From NCBI GenBank assembly GCA_011109175.1, contig RDEW01000041.1, forward strand, positions 186,001 through 250,000: 64,000 nucleotides of DNA. The letters run 5' to 3'. A program made the translations under genes and the position numbers. Below are positions 47,030 through 60,500 of this stretch, piece by piece. The stretch's first letter is position 1. The number at the start of each line of letters is the position of its first letter. The stretch comes from Dicyema japonicum (Eukaryota > Animalia > Dicyemida). The notes beneath the pieces are model-generated. The model saw only the letters and a list, made by a program, of their open reading frames with translations. It searched no databases and was not told the DNA's origin.

Positions 47030-50000
47030 AATTAGTCCGCCTATGCGCCTTGGACACTTCTGGCGTACCCCATCTCCATTTTAACTGCATTCTAGCGTTG
47101 GATTCCTCGAATCCTTTTCTCCACAATTTGCATCACTGGGGCAAGAATACTGTCCTCTTTTGCGCTTGCAACGCCTTCTTCCTCCTCCGCTTGATGTCTT
47201 CCATAAAAGAGCCTTCCACCTACTATCTTGATGCACCAATCTTGCACTCGGTCAGTGAACAACTTGATTCTTCTCTCTGAGAGCGTAGACTTCCCAGACA
47301 AGTCCATAATTAGGATGTCGTCCGCGTATATTAATACTTTGGTGTTTGCGTCTCAGGACAGAGACCTGCGGAACACCCTTCCTCAGTAAGATGTCTCTTG
47401 ACATATTTCCTCCAACACGCACTCGGGAAGTCCGTCTGTTAGAAAGTCCTTTATCCATATGAAAAGATTCTTTTGAATGTCTGCAGTCGCGTGCCTTGAT
47501 AGAGATTTCAGTACTATCAAATGCATTTAATGGATACAATCCGTGCAAGATATTTCTGGTCTGAAGCCACATTGTTCCGCGAGGAGGAAGCCACTCTCTT
47601 CTACATGCCGGTTCAGCTTCTTAAAAACAATTCGCTCAGCGATCTTGGAGATCGAGCAAATAAGGCTGATCGGCTTATAGTTAAGATGGTCCTTCCCCGA
47701 CTTTCCCGGTTTTAGGATCATCCTGACTATAGAGGTTTTCCAGGGTCTAGGGACATATCCATGATCAATGCTTGCTTTAAATATGTTCCTCAATACGAGC
47801 AGCAAGTCCTCTCTACCTTCTTTGAACATCCTCATGCTGACATGATCGTGTCCAGGAACATTAGCTTTGCATGCTCTGATGGCAACCACAACGTCCTCTA
47901 GCGTGATCCTCATATCAGCATCCTTGAGATCATTCGAAGAGTAGGTATGAAGTTCTTGTGAACTTCCAACTCTTCCCACGGGATCAGCTCCATTGTGTTG
48001 ACTCCTGTCTGACTCCATCTTCCGCCGAGTGCGAGCCACCTTTATTGTTCTTCTGACCAGTTATTCTTTTATAGATCTTCCAGAACGAGATCTTTGGCGT
48101 CTTGTTTGCTTGCCTCAACCCTCCATCTTCGTTCTAGAGTCAATCTTGTTACCCCTCAATGGCTTTAGTCGATCGGTCAGAGCTACTTGGTCTATGCAGT
48201 CAACACATTTTCTTAGCTTGGTTCTCATGAGGTTTCTTTCCTTGATCAATCTCAAGGTAGTAGATGAGACATCAATGCTCTACTTACGAGCACCGGAGAA
48301 TCTCCTCTTGGCATACAGTAAGAAGTATCGTTCTGTGATGATTGCGAGGGCTCGTTCTGTTAATTTCAATCGGGGATTAGGTCCCTCCGTCCAGCTTTTG
48401 AGGTTCCTTGTCATATCCCGTGAACACTGCTTCCGTAGTATCTGGTGTCAGGTGAAGTGCTAGTTCCTGAAGAATGTGGTTGCTGCCGATGTCCTCATAA
48501 TCTATGACCTCTCCACATAGGCGCAGAGCGGTGGTGAAATTAAGAATACACAAAGCATATCTCCTCCGTGGTGAGAGAAGTGGTTTGGCTCCTCCAACGT
48601 CATGATTTAGAAACCAGCTTTCTCTCCCAGTTTTTCTAGTCTACGTCCGTCCTCGTTAGTTATGAGGCACCCGTAATTAACTTTCTTGGCGTTTAGATAA
48701 CCTACCAGGACAGACATGTCGTTTCTTTTGAAGAATTCTTTGATCTTGGTAAAAGATTCCTGAGGTCCTTCGAATACATGCCTCCAACTTGTATCCATGA
48801 GCCACAGCAGCGCACCTCGATGGAAACAAATTCGCATTGTGTACTCATGATAATTTTCGGGTCTCGCCAGCCTCAGCACCTTCTACCCACGGTATTTCTA
48901 TAGAATTGAATCCCTGTATTGTAGTATTGTTGGTCTTTTTCACCTTGGTCTCGTTGGTTGTCAGAAGTAGTGCTAGGTCATGATGCCTCTTTTTCAAGGA
49001 TCGGGCATTCACCAGCACTACCTCAGACTTCTTCTATAATTGTTTTTAGATGGCCTGGGCTATCCATCGCCAGGTCCACCACTTTTCGTAAACTCACACC
49101 AAGTATATTTTATAGTTCTTTAAACCTTGCTATCTCCTTTAGTTTTTTTGCGATCTTCTCTGGCACATTCCTTTGGGGTAGCCAAGCCGACTCACGTGGT
49201 TTTCTAGCTGGTTCATTTTTGATAATTCTGGGGCCGATTACTCTTTTTTGTACTGACGGTTCTACTTTGTTAATTTTAGCATTGTTCTTCTGTTTTGATT
49301 CTATATTGTTGTTGAGGAGATCAAGATTGCGTTTGGCTTCCACTAACACAGCATCCTCTATATCTGGCGCCCTGTTTGGAACGCACCCAGGATTGAGTCC
49401 TGGGTCACTTTGCATTGGGAGATATCGTGTTCTTCCGCACATCAGAAACACTTCTTCCTTTGCTTGCACTGATATGGACCTGTTGGCAGTAGTAGCAGAT
49501 CAGCGGCCCTATCTTTATCCATTCGCAAATGATCACGTTTCTTCTATTTGATCTGTACGCTGTCGTCGAACAGTACGTGCAAGGGTTTTTTGGGTAGCGC
49601 ACAAGCAGCATCAATAGGGTATGTGCTTAAACAATTTTGGATAACTGTGGATGTAGTTTCTTCAGAATCTCTCGCTCTCTTCTTTATCGTATTGACGGTT
49701 TTCAGCGCATGTGAACGTCCTGCATTTGGTGGATGTTCGTGTGGTGTCATAGTTCCATTAAGTTCTTCGGTAACAGTTTTTATTCTGCCTTTACATTTTC
49801 CTTTCAGCTCACATCTCCAATATATGACATTGTCTCTCTGTCTATCCATAATGTACGCATAGCCATCATGCAGAAGTTCTCTCTTTCCACGAGTGGTTTG
49901 TGTAAATTCCATTTTTTACCATTATTAAAATACATAGTGTATTTCTTGATCATTTATGCTTAATTGAATTGTCGGCTAAATTTCCTGTCGGCCAAATGTC

Positions 50001-50280
50001 CTAGTACCCGTCCTCCTCTGGACATTCTAGTGACCTTCGTGGTTGAAGGAGCCATCTTTTGCAGGTAATCCAGAAGGTCGTTATCCTCGACCCAGAAGGG
50101 CAGGTTCTTCATGACAATCTTTGACGGTAATGCTGAACGGGTGTCTTTCCAGTCCAAAGGGACAGGTGTCATTCATGGCCTCCATAAAGACCATCTTGTG
50201 GGAGTTGGTGTGGAAACCAAGCCGGAACTGCTTACCCGTAAGTAATTGGATTTTTTCCGTGGAGAGTCTCAGGGCTCTCC
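47030..50280 (-). mobile_element. Near full-length decayed I/Jockey-group LINE (ORF1-APE-RT), interrupted by a MULE
   Basis: ORF1 IVMKNLPFWV and CYYCQQVH; APE NETK and VG(D)LNAK; RT PGHDHV...YKPISLICSISKIAERI, QCGFR, GVPQ and YADD. Confidence 0.88.
49545..50001 (-). mobile_element. 5' half of a Mutator-like (MULE) transposon with FLYWCH zinc finger
   Basis: MEFTQTTRGKRELLHDGYAY...IYWRC...CKGRI...HEHPP. Terminus GGACATTTGGCCGACAGGAAATTTAGCCGAC has an internal repeat. Confidence 0.8.
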
Positions 50281-50299
50281 GATCACACCATTCTTAGGC

Positions 50300-52905
50300 T
50301 TTGTCGACAAAAGCTCCTACTCTCCGCTCTGAAAGGTATGCCCTTAAGGACGAATCTAGGATTAAGATGTCATCCAAATATATCATCAGCTTGGTCCTGA
50401 CGTTTAGCAGCGACGGAAAATCTTCCATAAATATGTTGAATAACAGGGGACTTAAAATAGATCTCTGCGGCACTCCTTTTTAATCGATATACCATCAGAA
50501 TATCTTCCACCGACTACTACATAAGATATCCTTCCAGTCAAATAGCCTCTCAACCATAGGAACATTTGCTTTGATATCTTTGATCGTACAAGTTGACAAA
50601 ATAAGGCTTCGTGCCATACACTGTCGAATGCCTTCGAGATGTCAAGGCAAACAAGGCTCAACTGACTTTTCTTCTCAAATGCATTAGTGAGTGAATACAA
50701 TTTCCACATGATCTTCCCGGACGAAAACCCCATTAGTAAGGTCGTAGAAAGTTACTTTCTTTTTCAATCTCTTGAATACAATCCGTTCCATGATCTTTGA
50801 TGTAGAACATATAAGGCTTATTGGTCTATAACTGAGAGGATCCTTCCTCGACTTTCCAGGTTTGAGGATCATCTTCACAATAGAACGCTTCCATTGCGGA
50901 GGAACATGTCCGAGCATAAAACTCAAGTTATACATTTTTTGTAGAACAAATAGGAGTTCATCGGACTCTTCTTTAAACATAATCATGGGAATGCTGTTGA
51001 ATCCTGGAGCCTTGTTCTTGCACTCGCGTATAGCAGTTCTAAGATATCTTTTCTGAAAACTTCTCAGGTATCATACTAAGAGGGTAAACTCCCTGTAAAT
51101 TCTCTTGCTGATTTTTGAAAACCGAAGGTACTCTTTCCAAAGGAATTGTCCTTCCCTCAGGATCGGCCAGCACAGCTAACTTTTGTGGCTGTATTCTTCA
51201 ATCTATTTTCCGCAGCTACATTCCAAGGTCTTTTCAATAATTTTTGAATCACAAAAATTTTGCTTTTCAGAGTTATCCTGTTTCACAAATCTACACAACG
51301 TCTGAGCTTCGCCTTCAGAGTATTCCTCTCGCGAATAAGATTCCGTATTGTATGTGGGCAAGACTGGTTGTTCTTCGAAAAGTTCTTGGAGTAGACCTTC
51401 TTTCCATACAATCGCAGATACACCAGCATAATATTAGATAGTTCCCAGTTAAAAACGTCCAGCTCCTCTGGTGTGGAAAAAAAATTAGTCCTCATTCGTA
51501 AGGTCTTCAACAAATAGTATGATGTCCCAGTCTATCGACGAGGTATCATAATACAAGAAAACATCTTCAACAATATTCGGTTCCAGGTTTATAGTCACCT
51601 CCTGTGGGATATGATCACTCCCTATATCCCAGAATAATCTTGGTCTGTCCACATGATCAGAAGTTGTGGAGACACTAGGACCAATCAGCATATCACCGCC
51701 ATAGTGTGAGAAATGGTTAGGTTCCTCAGACGTCAAGACTTCAACTCCAATTTCGCTAGCCAGATCTGCTATTAGTCGCCCGTCCCCGTATTCTTAGCAT
51801 TCAGGTCTCCTACCAAGATTGACATTGGGTTTTTCCCGAAGAACTCAACAATTTTCGCAGAAGATCAGGCCAAGTCCTTAGAGTATAGTCCTCCCACGCT
51901 TATCCATGTCCCTCCACATTGTACATCGACGGACACGAATTCCGAATCGGCGGCCAATAAAATAGAGTCGTTTTGTGTTTGCAATTCTTTAACGGAAAAA
52001 GATCGAAGTCCCAGCCAATGCTCCATCTTTCCACGGATGTCCACCGAGTCATATCCTTCCATACTATAATACCTTCCGTTTAATTTTCGTCTCGTTGACT
52101 ACCAGTACATCAACCTTAGCATTCCTCGCAAGTAGCCCTAGTTCACTATGCCTATTCACTAAGGAGCGGCATTTACCAGTACTATTTTTAATATTTTTCA
52201 TAGATTCTGCTGGTGGCCTTCGCTTTCCACAGCCAGGTCCACCAAATTCCATAAATCCACTTTCAGCAGTGTACATAAATTGTTCAGACGTCCGATAATT
52301 TCATTTAGCTCTCTGAGATACCGCCTCGGAAACTTCTGACTTGCTCTGCATAAGTTTCCTTGCAGCACTCCGCTCCACCGGCCCATCCTGAATATGTGAT
52401 ATATTGGTCCACTTCATCTTTTTTGTTGGCTTGATCGCTTCCTTTCTAGACTGTCTGTATGGGAATCAATTTTTTGGATGCCTCTTTCATAGCAGGACAT
52501 TCTCTGTAACGGGCATTATGTCCTGGTCCTCCACAATTAATACAATTTGTCTCCACGTTTGGAGAAAATTTACACACAAGGTCGTGTTCCCCTCCACACT
52601 TGAAGCACCTTGCAATGTGCGGCGATATGACCAATTCGTTCGCAATTGTAGCAGATAAAAGAAGGCCTATTCATCCACTCAACGGGATCTTGTTCGATCC
52701 AATGTAGAAGCCACAACGTATCAGCGATTTGGCCTCCGAATTACTACTAACCGAGGCCTTCGCCATTGGCATAAACTGCGATCCTCTTGACATTCGGGTT
52801 ACCTTCGAAGTTGACGGAGCCATCTCCTGAAGGTAATCCAAGAGGTCGTCCTCACTCACCCAGAAAAGAAGGTTCCTGAGGACAATCTCACACGGTCTTG
52901 TTAGG
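50300..52905 (-). mobile_element. Second decayed I/Jockey-group LINE of the same family
   Basis: ORF1 DDLLDYLQEMAPST and CFKCGGEH; APE VNETK, GDLNAK and GSDHIP; RT YRPISL and LDISKAFDSVWH. Confidence 0.88.
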
Positions 52906-52947
52906 AGTGTTCTAAATTCTTGAGGACAATCTCACACGGTCTTGTTA
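52877..52947 (+). repeat. Direct repeat of about 26-27 bp at a LINE-LINE junction
   Basis: TGAGGACAATCTCACACGGTCTTGTTA occurs twice, about 45 bp apart. Confidence 0.85.
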
Positions 52948-54290
52948 AGAGATTAATAACCTGCATTTTTCCGGCCTCAGCCTGAGTTCTCTGCTCTCAC
53001 ACCAGCGTATGATTTCCTCAACGGCGACTTGCATCCTCCGACACGCCACATCTGGTCTCCACGAGTGATCCCAGAGTACTATGTTATCAGCATAGACAGC
53101 CATCTCCGTCCTCACATTGACTGGGTGAGGGAGCGTTGCGAGATATATATTGAATAGGGTTGGGCTGAGTACCGACCCTTGTAGAACTCCCCGGTTAGAT
53201 CTAAACAAACTGGATCGGCAACCTTTATGCCTCACGTAGTTCGTCCGATCCTCTAAAAAGCTGGATAACCAACTCCTTAGCTCCAAGGGAATTCCTCCTT
53301 CGACGAGGGCGCATCGGAGGCCGTCGTGCCAGACCGAGTCGAACGCCCTCTCTACATCCAGGAACAGTGCGGCTGTGCACTGCTTCAGCCTCCTGTGGTT
53401 GCGGATCTGAGAGCTGAGCCTCCAGAGGCAGTCCCCACAGGAACGCCCCTTACGGAGTCCCATCTGAAGGTTCGAGGTGTCTCTTATTATGCATTCCTGG
53501 GTTAACCTCTGGTGTATCACTCTCTCTATGATTTTAGCAACGGCAGGCATCAGGCTATTAGGGCAGTAGCTACTAGGATCTTCCGAAGGTTTTCCTGGTT
53601 TCTTTACAAAAACCAGTTCCGCCTTCTATAACGCCTAGGAACGTAACCCAACTTGAGGCTACCGTTATACAACTTAACCATTTCCGCCAGCAGGCTTGCA
53701 GGCCCCTTCTTGAAAAAAGCCATGGGAATTTTGTCCTGGCCTGGAGCGTTGTACTTCGATTTCCATATCGCCGCCCGGACCTCCTTTATCGCGATGTATG
53801 CAGCATTCGGGTTCCTCCCGAAAGCTGGATAGCTTGCGCCTCTCCGTGGTGATGACGTTCTACACGCACTGGCGGGCAGACCTTTCTACAAATTCGCTCG
53901 GTCAAACTGTTGAGATCGCCCCAAAGCTACCTGCAAATATGTTCGCAATTTCGGCCGGGTCCGGACGACTCTTCCCCTCTGCCCGACAAGCGCTTCAGCT
54001 GGCTCCAAAAGTCCAACCATGCGGGGTTCACCTTCTCCATTTGGAGCTTTAGAAGTTCACCAGTCCCTTCTTTATCTCCCTCCTCTGGTTATTTACCTTC
54101 TTCTGGTAGTAGATCCTGTTTTTCACGTAGACGCACTTCGCACAGAATCTCATACCTCTTTCTAAGTGTTATTTTACTTAAAATCAGTCCTGGAATCCGC
54201 TCGAAGCTTTCACCATACGGACGTAACCGGAAGTTAGTCCGCATGTATTCCTCGAGAACTATTAATACACATAGAAACCTAACATGGTAG
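52945..54290 (-). mobile_element. Relatively well-preserved LINE RT segment
   Basis: 201-aa ORF with LDVERAFDSVWHDGL, GVLQGSVLSPTLFNIY and YADNIV. Confidence 0.9.
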
Positions 54291-54999
54291 TTACCCCAGT
54301 AGAAAACCTACATTTTGGTTAAACTCTACGGAAAGCCATCAGGGGTCTGGTGGACAAATATCTGGCATCAATTTATAATGGATTCAGGACTGGGAGATCA
54401 ACAACGGATATAGTGCCATCTACTTTGGTCTTTCGTTGTAAGTCAAGCTAAAATATGTGTTGTTCCGTTTGTTACGTTTCACGGAGGTAGAGGATGAGGC
54501 TTATACGGTTCAATCAGTGGCTTCAACAACTTTGTGGATATCTTTAGAATACCAACCTCCAAAAGTCATCAATCTAATAAACAACTCCACTTTCGAAGCG
54601 TCCACATAAAGTAGAAAACCAACCTTATTTTACCGGAATCATTGAAGAGTACCAGTTACGAAAATAAAACGCCAGTCTTCCCCATTTTATAACCTAAATT
54701 TACCATAGAGGATCCTCTAAAGCAGGGATGTCAAGCTCATTTCGCTTCGAGGGCCGCATTTTATATAAATTCTCATCAAGGGAAGATTTATTTATCCATT
54801 TATTTAAAACCAAGAATCACCGACAAAATTAAAGAAAGTGGGAGTCGTCAGGTGATCCCGGCCTCATCCTTTCTCGGTGTTCCTCACGAGAGCCGACACA
54901 CTTCCTATATGGATGAATCACTTTTTGGAAGATTAGTTCTGATGTATTATTTTTTAAGAATAAAATCACCTGAATTTTTATATTTGTTTATAACGAGTA

Positions 55000-55830
55000 A
55001 ATTAACTAATTAAGCGAATTTTGATCCAGATTGTTGGCAATCCCTCTTCTTTTAAACACAACCGATTGGATGTAAGTCCTCGTTGATTCTTCAATAGATA
55101 ATTTATCCAAATGATTCTTGAAGCATCTTGAGACAACTCCATCCCATGTCAAAACCATTGGAATAATCTTCACTTGGCATTCATAGAGTAGCCAAAGTTC
55201 AGATCCGAGCAACTTATGTTTGTGAAGTTTCTCAACTTCAACTTGCTTTAGTCGGTCTTGTGAGTAATGCCCACTTCGATTAAGGTTATCTCCTTTATTT
55301 TGTCGTAAACAAAAATATCAGGTTTATTGAATTGGACTTTTGTTTCCGTCATAATCGACGTGTCAACTCTGATTTCGACATTTTGAGTCGTCAATATTGA
55401 CAGAACCGAATGTCCTTTTAATTCCTGCTTCTTTTGATTCAATAAACTCGACAAAGATGAAGATGGATACACTTTACTACTTCATTATGTCTTCGGAGAT
55501 AATCACCGTTTAGCATTTTACCACAGAGTGGCCAAATGATCAACAGTTTTCCTGCTTTTGTTACAACGGTTGCATATTGATCCCATGTGTGCGAATAACA
55601 ACTTCCTATCTTGCAGAAAACAGTGCAATGTTTCGCTCCGTGGGCCATTATTCCCTTGGATAACCATTCCAGGAAGTAGATAGGTCGACATTTGTTTCAT
55701 CAATACATTTGGACAAAATAGAGTGTAGTGTTTTGCAATAAATTTTATTTAATAAATATTTTCTCTGAGTGTCCTTGAGGGACTATATTTATGCTTTCCC
55801 TGTCGGCAATTGCATATTTAGAGGCAAGAA
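55000..55830 (-). mobile_element. R4/Dong-like zinc knuckle plus RLE fragment
   Basis: CNRC...TVDHLATLC, DYLRRHNEVVKCIH, NKPDIFVYDK, LIEVGIT and VKIIPMVLTWDGVV. Confidence 0.82.
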
Positions 55831-55999
55831 ATCCTGCGATTGTAGCCAATTTTTTTAAGAATATATTTATATTTTATGATAAAAAACCAAAATAAAAGAA
55901 ACTTAATGATTTAATCACCAACCTTTTTTTTAATTTTGGTGAAGCTACTTCCAGAGAATTGACATCTTTTATGGATACGATTTTTGATATGTCGGGCTC

Positions 56000-56445
56000 T
56001 CAAAAACACTTAGAGATCAAACTGGGATCCTTGCCACGATTTACAAACAATTTATCCGACCAACGATGACGTATGCAAGTCCTTTATGGGCAATGCAAAT
56101 GTCACGATCTTCCACATTGAAATTATCTGCAATCGAGGAGACTGCAATAAGGTTAATTGGACCAGATCACAATATCCAACCTATTGAAAATTTTTTAATT
56201 GAAATACAACGGAAACTATTAAAGGAGGCTGTTCTACCGAGCTGCCCTCTATTCCAAATACTATCGAATTATCTACAATCATACAGAAATTTTGAGCCGA
56301 AGCCATGTCCAATGAGAAGAGCTGTTCAGGATTCTCGACCCGCCAGACTCGTCCTCACCATTGTCGGTCTGGGATCACTTAGTTAGATGAGAACTTTTAT
56401 TTCTTTCTCTTTGACCCAGTGATCCTGGGGGTAATAATATTAATA
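56000..56445 (+). mobile_element. 5'-truncated LINE insertion with 13-bp TSD
   Basis: TSD ATATGTCGGGCTC at 55987-55999 and 56446-56458. Near-identical to 17645-18095; TAA-rich tail. Confidence 0.92.
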
Positions 56446-56768
56446 ATATGTCGGGCTCAGCTATTCGTGTATTTTTATCAGTGAGTCTCGTTTTTTGAGC
56501 AGTTTTTGTCAATTTCATAGATGAAAAAAGCTGTTTACACAAAAATGTCGAACTAAACATAGCAATGTATTTTGTAAACTTTAACATTAACCAAATATTC
56601 AGCTTCAAGTATAGAATCTGATTGGATTTCTAATAGTTCCACTTGTAAGCTTTCATCTGCACTGGAAACATTAAAAGAAAATAATGAAAACTGTTGTTCA
56701 AAAAACGAAAAATAATTAAATCCTTTCTGAAATTCCTTTAACAACGATTTTGGCTTTATAAATTTAAA

Positions 56769-56850
56769 CAATAGAAGTCAGGTAATTTCGCTCGCAATTT
56801 TGAGAGGGAACAGCCACGCGGTGAGGGCGGCAACTACCTGACTTGTATTG
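56769..56850. mobile_element. 82-bp MITE
   Basis: TIRs CAATAGAAGTCAGGTA and TACCTGACTTGTATTG (15 of 16 match), flanked by TTTAAA and TTTAAC. Confidence 0.75.
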
Positions 56851-57594
56851 TTTAACAACGATTCTAGTTGTCTTTCATACTAGGAAAATTCATTACTGTA
56901 TGTGCACCAACAGTACTCCTGAGCTCTGCAAGTTGAAAAATGAACTGAATCTTCATTTAATAGCTGAGACTTCCATAATCTTATTTTCGAAATAAAACGC
57001 TCGATATCATCTGACAACTGAGTAATGACCTTGTCTTTGTCCTGAAATTCCAAATTAAGGTCGTTCATGTTGAGTGGTAATATCCACTGCAAATGCCAAA
57101 TCTTTGATCCAAGATTGAATTTTTTATTTCTTTTTTGCTTTGGCATTTCATTTCCATAAATGGAAATATTTGCGGTCTCAACAAAAAAATTTTTCACAAG
57201 TTTGTGAAGTGATGACCAGTGGACTGGACTACAAAAGGAATGTCGCTGAACTGATTATTTATATCTATCAGCAGTTTACTAAACTGTCGGTGGTTGAAGG
57301 CATGGCCTCTGATATAGTTTACTGTTTTCGTGACCACAAACTAATTTTTCTATTTTTTAAATCTTTGACCACAAATTTTACTGATGAAAAAAAACAAATG
57401 ATGACCGGATTTAACTTTTCTATTTCCACACTTATGCTTGTCAAAGGCCGCATGTTTGACACCCCTGCTCTAAAGTCAGTCAAAAACCGCCAAGCCTGAG
57501 TATCGAGAATAAATCCTCAAAACATGAGAGTGGACACAGGAAGCATGTAATAGAAACGAATTTATTAAATGTTAATGAATTAATATGTTAGTAC

Positions 57595-60500
57595 TTATGT
57601 GAATACTGTGACTACTTCTTTACCAGTTCCTCTAACCATGAATACAGGAGCATCATCTATCAAGGTCATCATATCAACAAAACTTAGATCTAAGTAAAAT
57701 ATAAAACAAACAGTCATAGTTTAGTTTTTCATCTTCCAGAAAAGGAGGTAAATTGATGATAATTAGATTAGCACCAGGTAGTGATTTTTCCTTAATCAAT
57801 TTATTAAGTTCTACGGCAGTGTGTACTCGATTAATGTCAGTATTATAAGTACTTAAATGTTAACAACATCTACGTTTTGTTGTCCAACAGTGGTTTATTT
57901 CTCATCTTCAGTGAATTTCTATGAATTACATCAACAACTTGTTGAGGCTTAAAGTTACCACTAAAATACCTCTTTGTTAGCTTGTTTGGTAGTAAGACCA
58001 ATATTTCTTAACCAATTTCGTCTATTTTCCATATTAACAGTCTGCTCGACTGTATAAGCTGTTACTTCAGAAGAAGGCTGATTATAATAAAATAATGAAC
58101 CATATCCACAATAATAATCTCCCCCTTAATACGAATTTCATATAACATTTTTTCCAACTGTGCCTTCATTTCAATGGAATTGTCACTCATTTCTATAATT
58201 AATCATAAAACATACGAGCAACTGCAAAAATACGCAATTTACACTTTCTCCACGTTTTTATTTTTTTTAATAAAAATCCAATCAAAATAAGAATGCTTCC
58301 ATCGTGAGCAATCCACCATATATCTATACTCCCTTCAAGTGAACATTTTTTATCAGGAAGTAAGTGACTATTTCTTAAGAATGCAACACATTTGTCAGAA
58401 GTATTTCCGATTTTTGCAATTTCTACGATTATTTATAGTAATACCCATAAATTCGTCCAAAGATAAACCCTTTGATGCATTGTCGTAATTTGTTGGCCAA
58501 CCAAGAATAATCATGTTTGGTCTAAGTCCTCCAAGTCCAGTGAGTTGTATTCTAAGTAATATATATTAATAAAACGAGTTGAGAAGTCCTTGAAATACAC
58601 TATTCGATATAGCCACATCAATCAGGGCATTGGCATATATTTTATTTATAAAATTTTTTGTGTTCTAAATTTAATTATTTATATTTACATTATAATTAGT
58701 ATATTTATCTTTTTGATTAGTTTTAACATCACCAGAAATAACAGAAGAAATCATTGTGAGTCCCTTTCCTTTATATTATTTTATAGCTATACCGGCTTTT
58801 AGTTGATTTGCAAATTCAACTAATTTATTTTCAGGCTGCATTTCCGTCTGAGGCTTAGAAAACAAAAGAATTAATGGCCTATATCACTTACTATGAAAAC
58901 CTCCAATTTTTTACGTGTAGTTGTTCTTCCTGAATTTGCCGAATGAAATATAAAGCAGCTGACATTTTGAGACCTTTAATCCCATCTCCCCATTGCCTTT
59001 CAGCCCTGTTATTATTAATATAATGATACCCCTTGTATTGAATATACAAGTAAATAAATGATGCCAACACCCATCCCCCAACTGTGTAGTACCAACTTGT
59101 CATAAACATTATTGAGATGCATAAAATAATTCCAAGGAGAGATATTGTCCTAACAATGATTACTAACATACCAATGATAATATTTAAAACGAGGGCGCCA
59201 ATTTGATACTTTTAATATAGCTTGTAGTACGCCAACAAAATTAACAAAAAAATAACAAAGTAAAAAAAATCTAAAAATAATTAAATAAATAACATTGAAA
59301 TAATAGGAGCCTGGTGGTCAATATTTCCAATAATAATGCCAATCTCTGCAATGAGTATTGTTAGCATAAGTGCAAATATTGGATTCCCCCACTTGGTTCG
59401 TTTGAATGGATTTAGAAAAGGAATAATTTCATCAGAAGCTATAGCTTGTAGTAATCTCGGAGCTCCAGTCAATGTTTGTAATCCGGCTCCAAGTGTTGAA
59501 AGAAGAGCTCCAATTTTTATAACCCAGGGGGTAGGCCAAGCTATGAGTGAAACAATCAAATTGTCTCCAATGCTGCTACCATATCTTTATATTAGTCACC
59601 AAAGTACTTGTCTTGAAGCAAATGTCTATCTGCCACTGCGGCATATAGAGGTACAGAAATCAAATCTAAACTTATCAAATTATCATACAAAGAAATGTAG
59701 TGGTAATAGTAGCTGCTAAGGTTCCTAGTGGAATTGACCTTTGGGGATCTTTGAGTTCACCTGATCTGTTCGAACCGGCCATAATTCCTATAACTTTTTA
59801 TTCAGAGTACCTGTTACAGACGGGAAGTAAATAGCAATAAAAACGATAAAAGATGTTGTTAAATCGTTGTGTATAAAACGCTCAGTATCTCCGGGTATAT
59901 CATGACCGATTTCAGATCCCTTTGTATGATATGAACTCTTTATTGTGTCTAAGATGATTCTTAATCATAACCAAATATTTTCCCGCTTGTTATACCGGGA
60001 ATAGCTGACACATATGTCACATCATTTTCATCAAAGACACGTTTACAGATATTATTGGTACAGAATAAAGAATATAGTTTTGAAACCATTCCGTTTTGAA
60101 GGGTTTCATTTTTTGTGCAGTAGGGGATTCCATTATTTGTGTAGTCCTTTAATGGAAGAATATGAGTCCCTAATAGACATATTCTAATAATATAATTTAT
60201 TCATACTTAATGTCTCGACTGTTTCCGGGAATGAAAACTCCAATGAAAATGGCAATAATTGAGACGATTACACATACAAGGGAAATGGTGGCAACAATAC
60301 TGACAAATCGGAGACCAAAAAATACGCAGATTGCCAGTAAAATTAAAACAATCGTTCCATATGCACGGAAATTATTCAATTCATTTGTCTCCCCTGAAAA
60401 TTCTCCATTTTCATTAACTCCGAATCTCAAGGAAGGTGCCAGGTATAACTGATTTTATATTTATGTCATACTAAAGTTATTTCAACTCCCCCAATGATGT

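Larger units (their letters stand above)
54723..57467 (-). mobile_element. hAT (Charlie/GTF2IRD2-like) transposon with perfect 8-bp TSD and nested insertions
   Basis: Termini CAGGGATGTCAAGC and TGTTTGACACCCCTG; TSD CTCTAAAG at 54715-54722 and 57468-57475. Transposase remnants MNDLNLEFQ, LQVELLEIQSD and MFSSTFLCKQLFSSMK. Confidence 0.92.

Noticed and set aside
47005-47030. Telomere-like TTAGG repeats
   Set aside because: Only two or three degenerate units next to a LINE tail.
48958-49551. Long plus-strand ORFs (48958..49551, 48029..48463, 4916..5476) as novel genes
   Set aside because: They are antisense shadows of LINE ORFs on the opposite strand.
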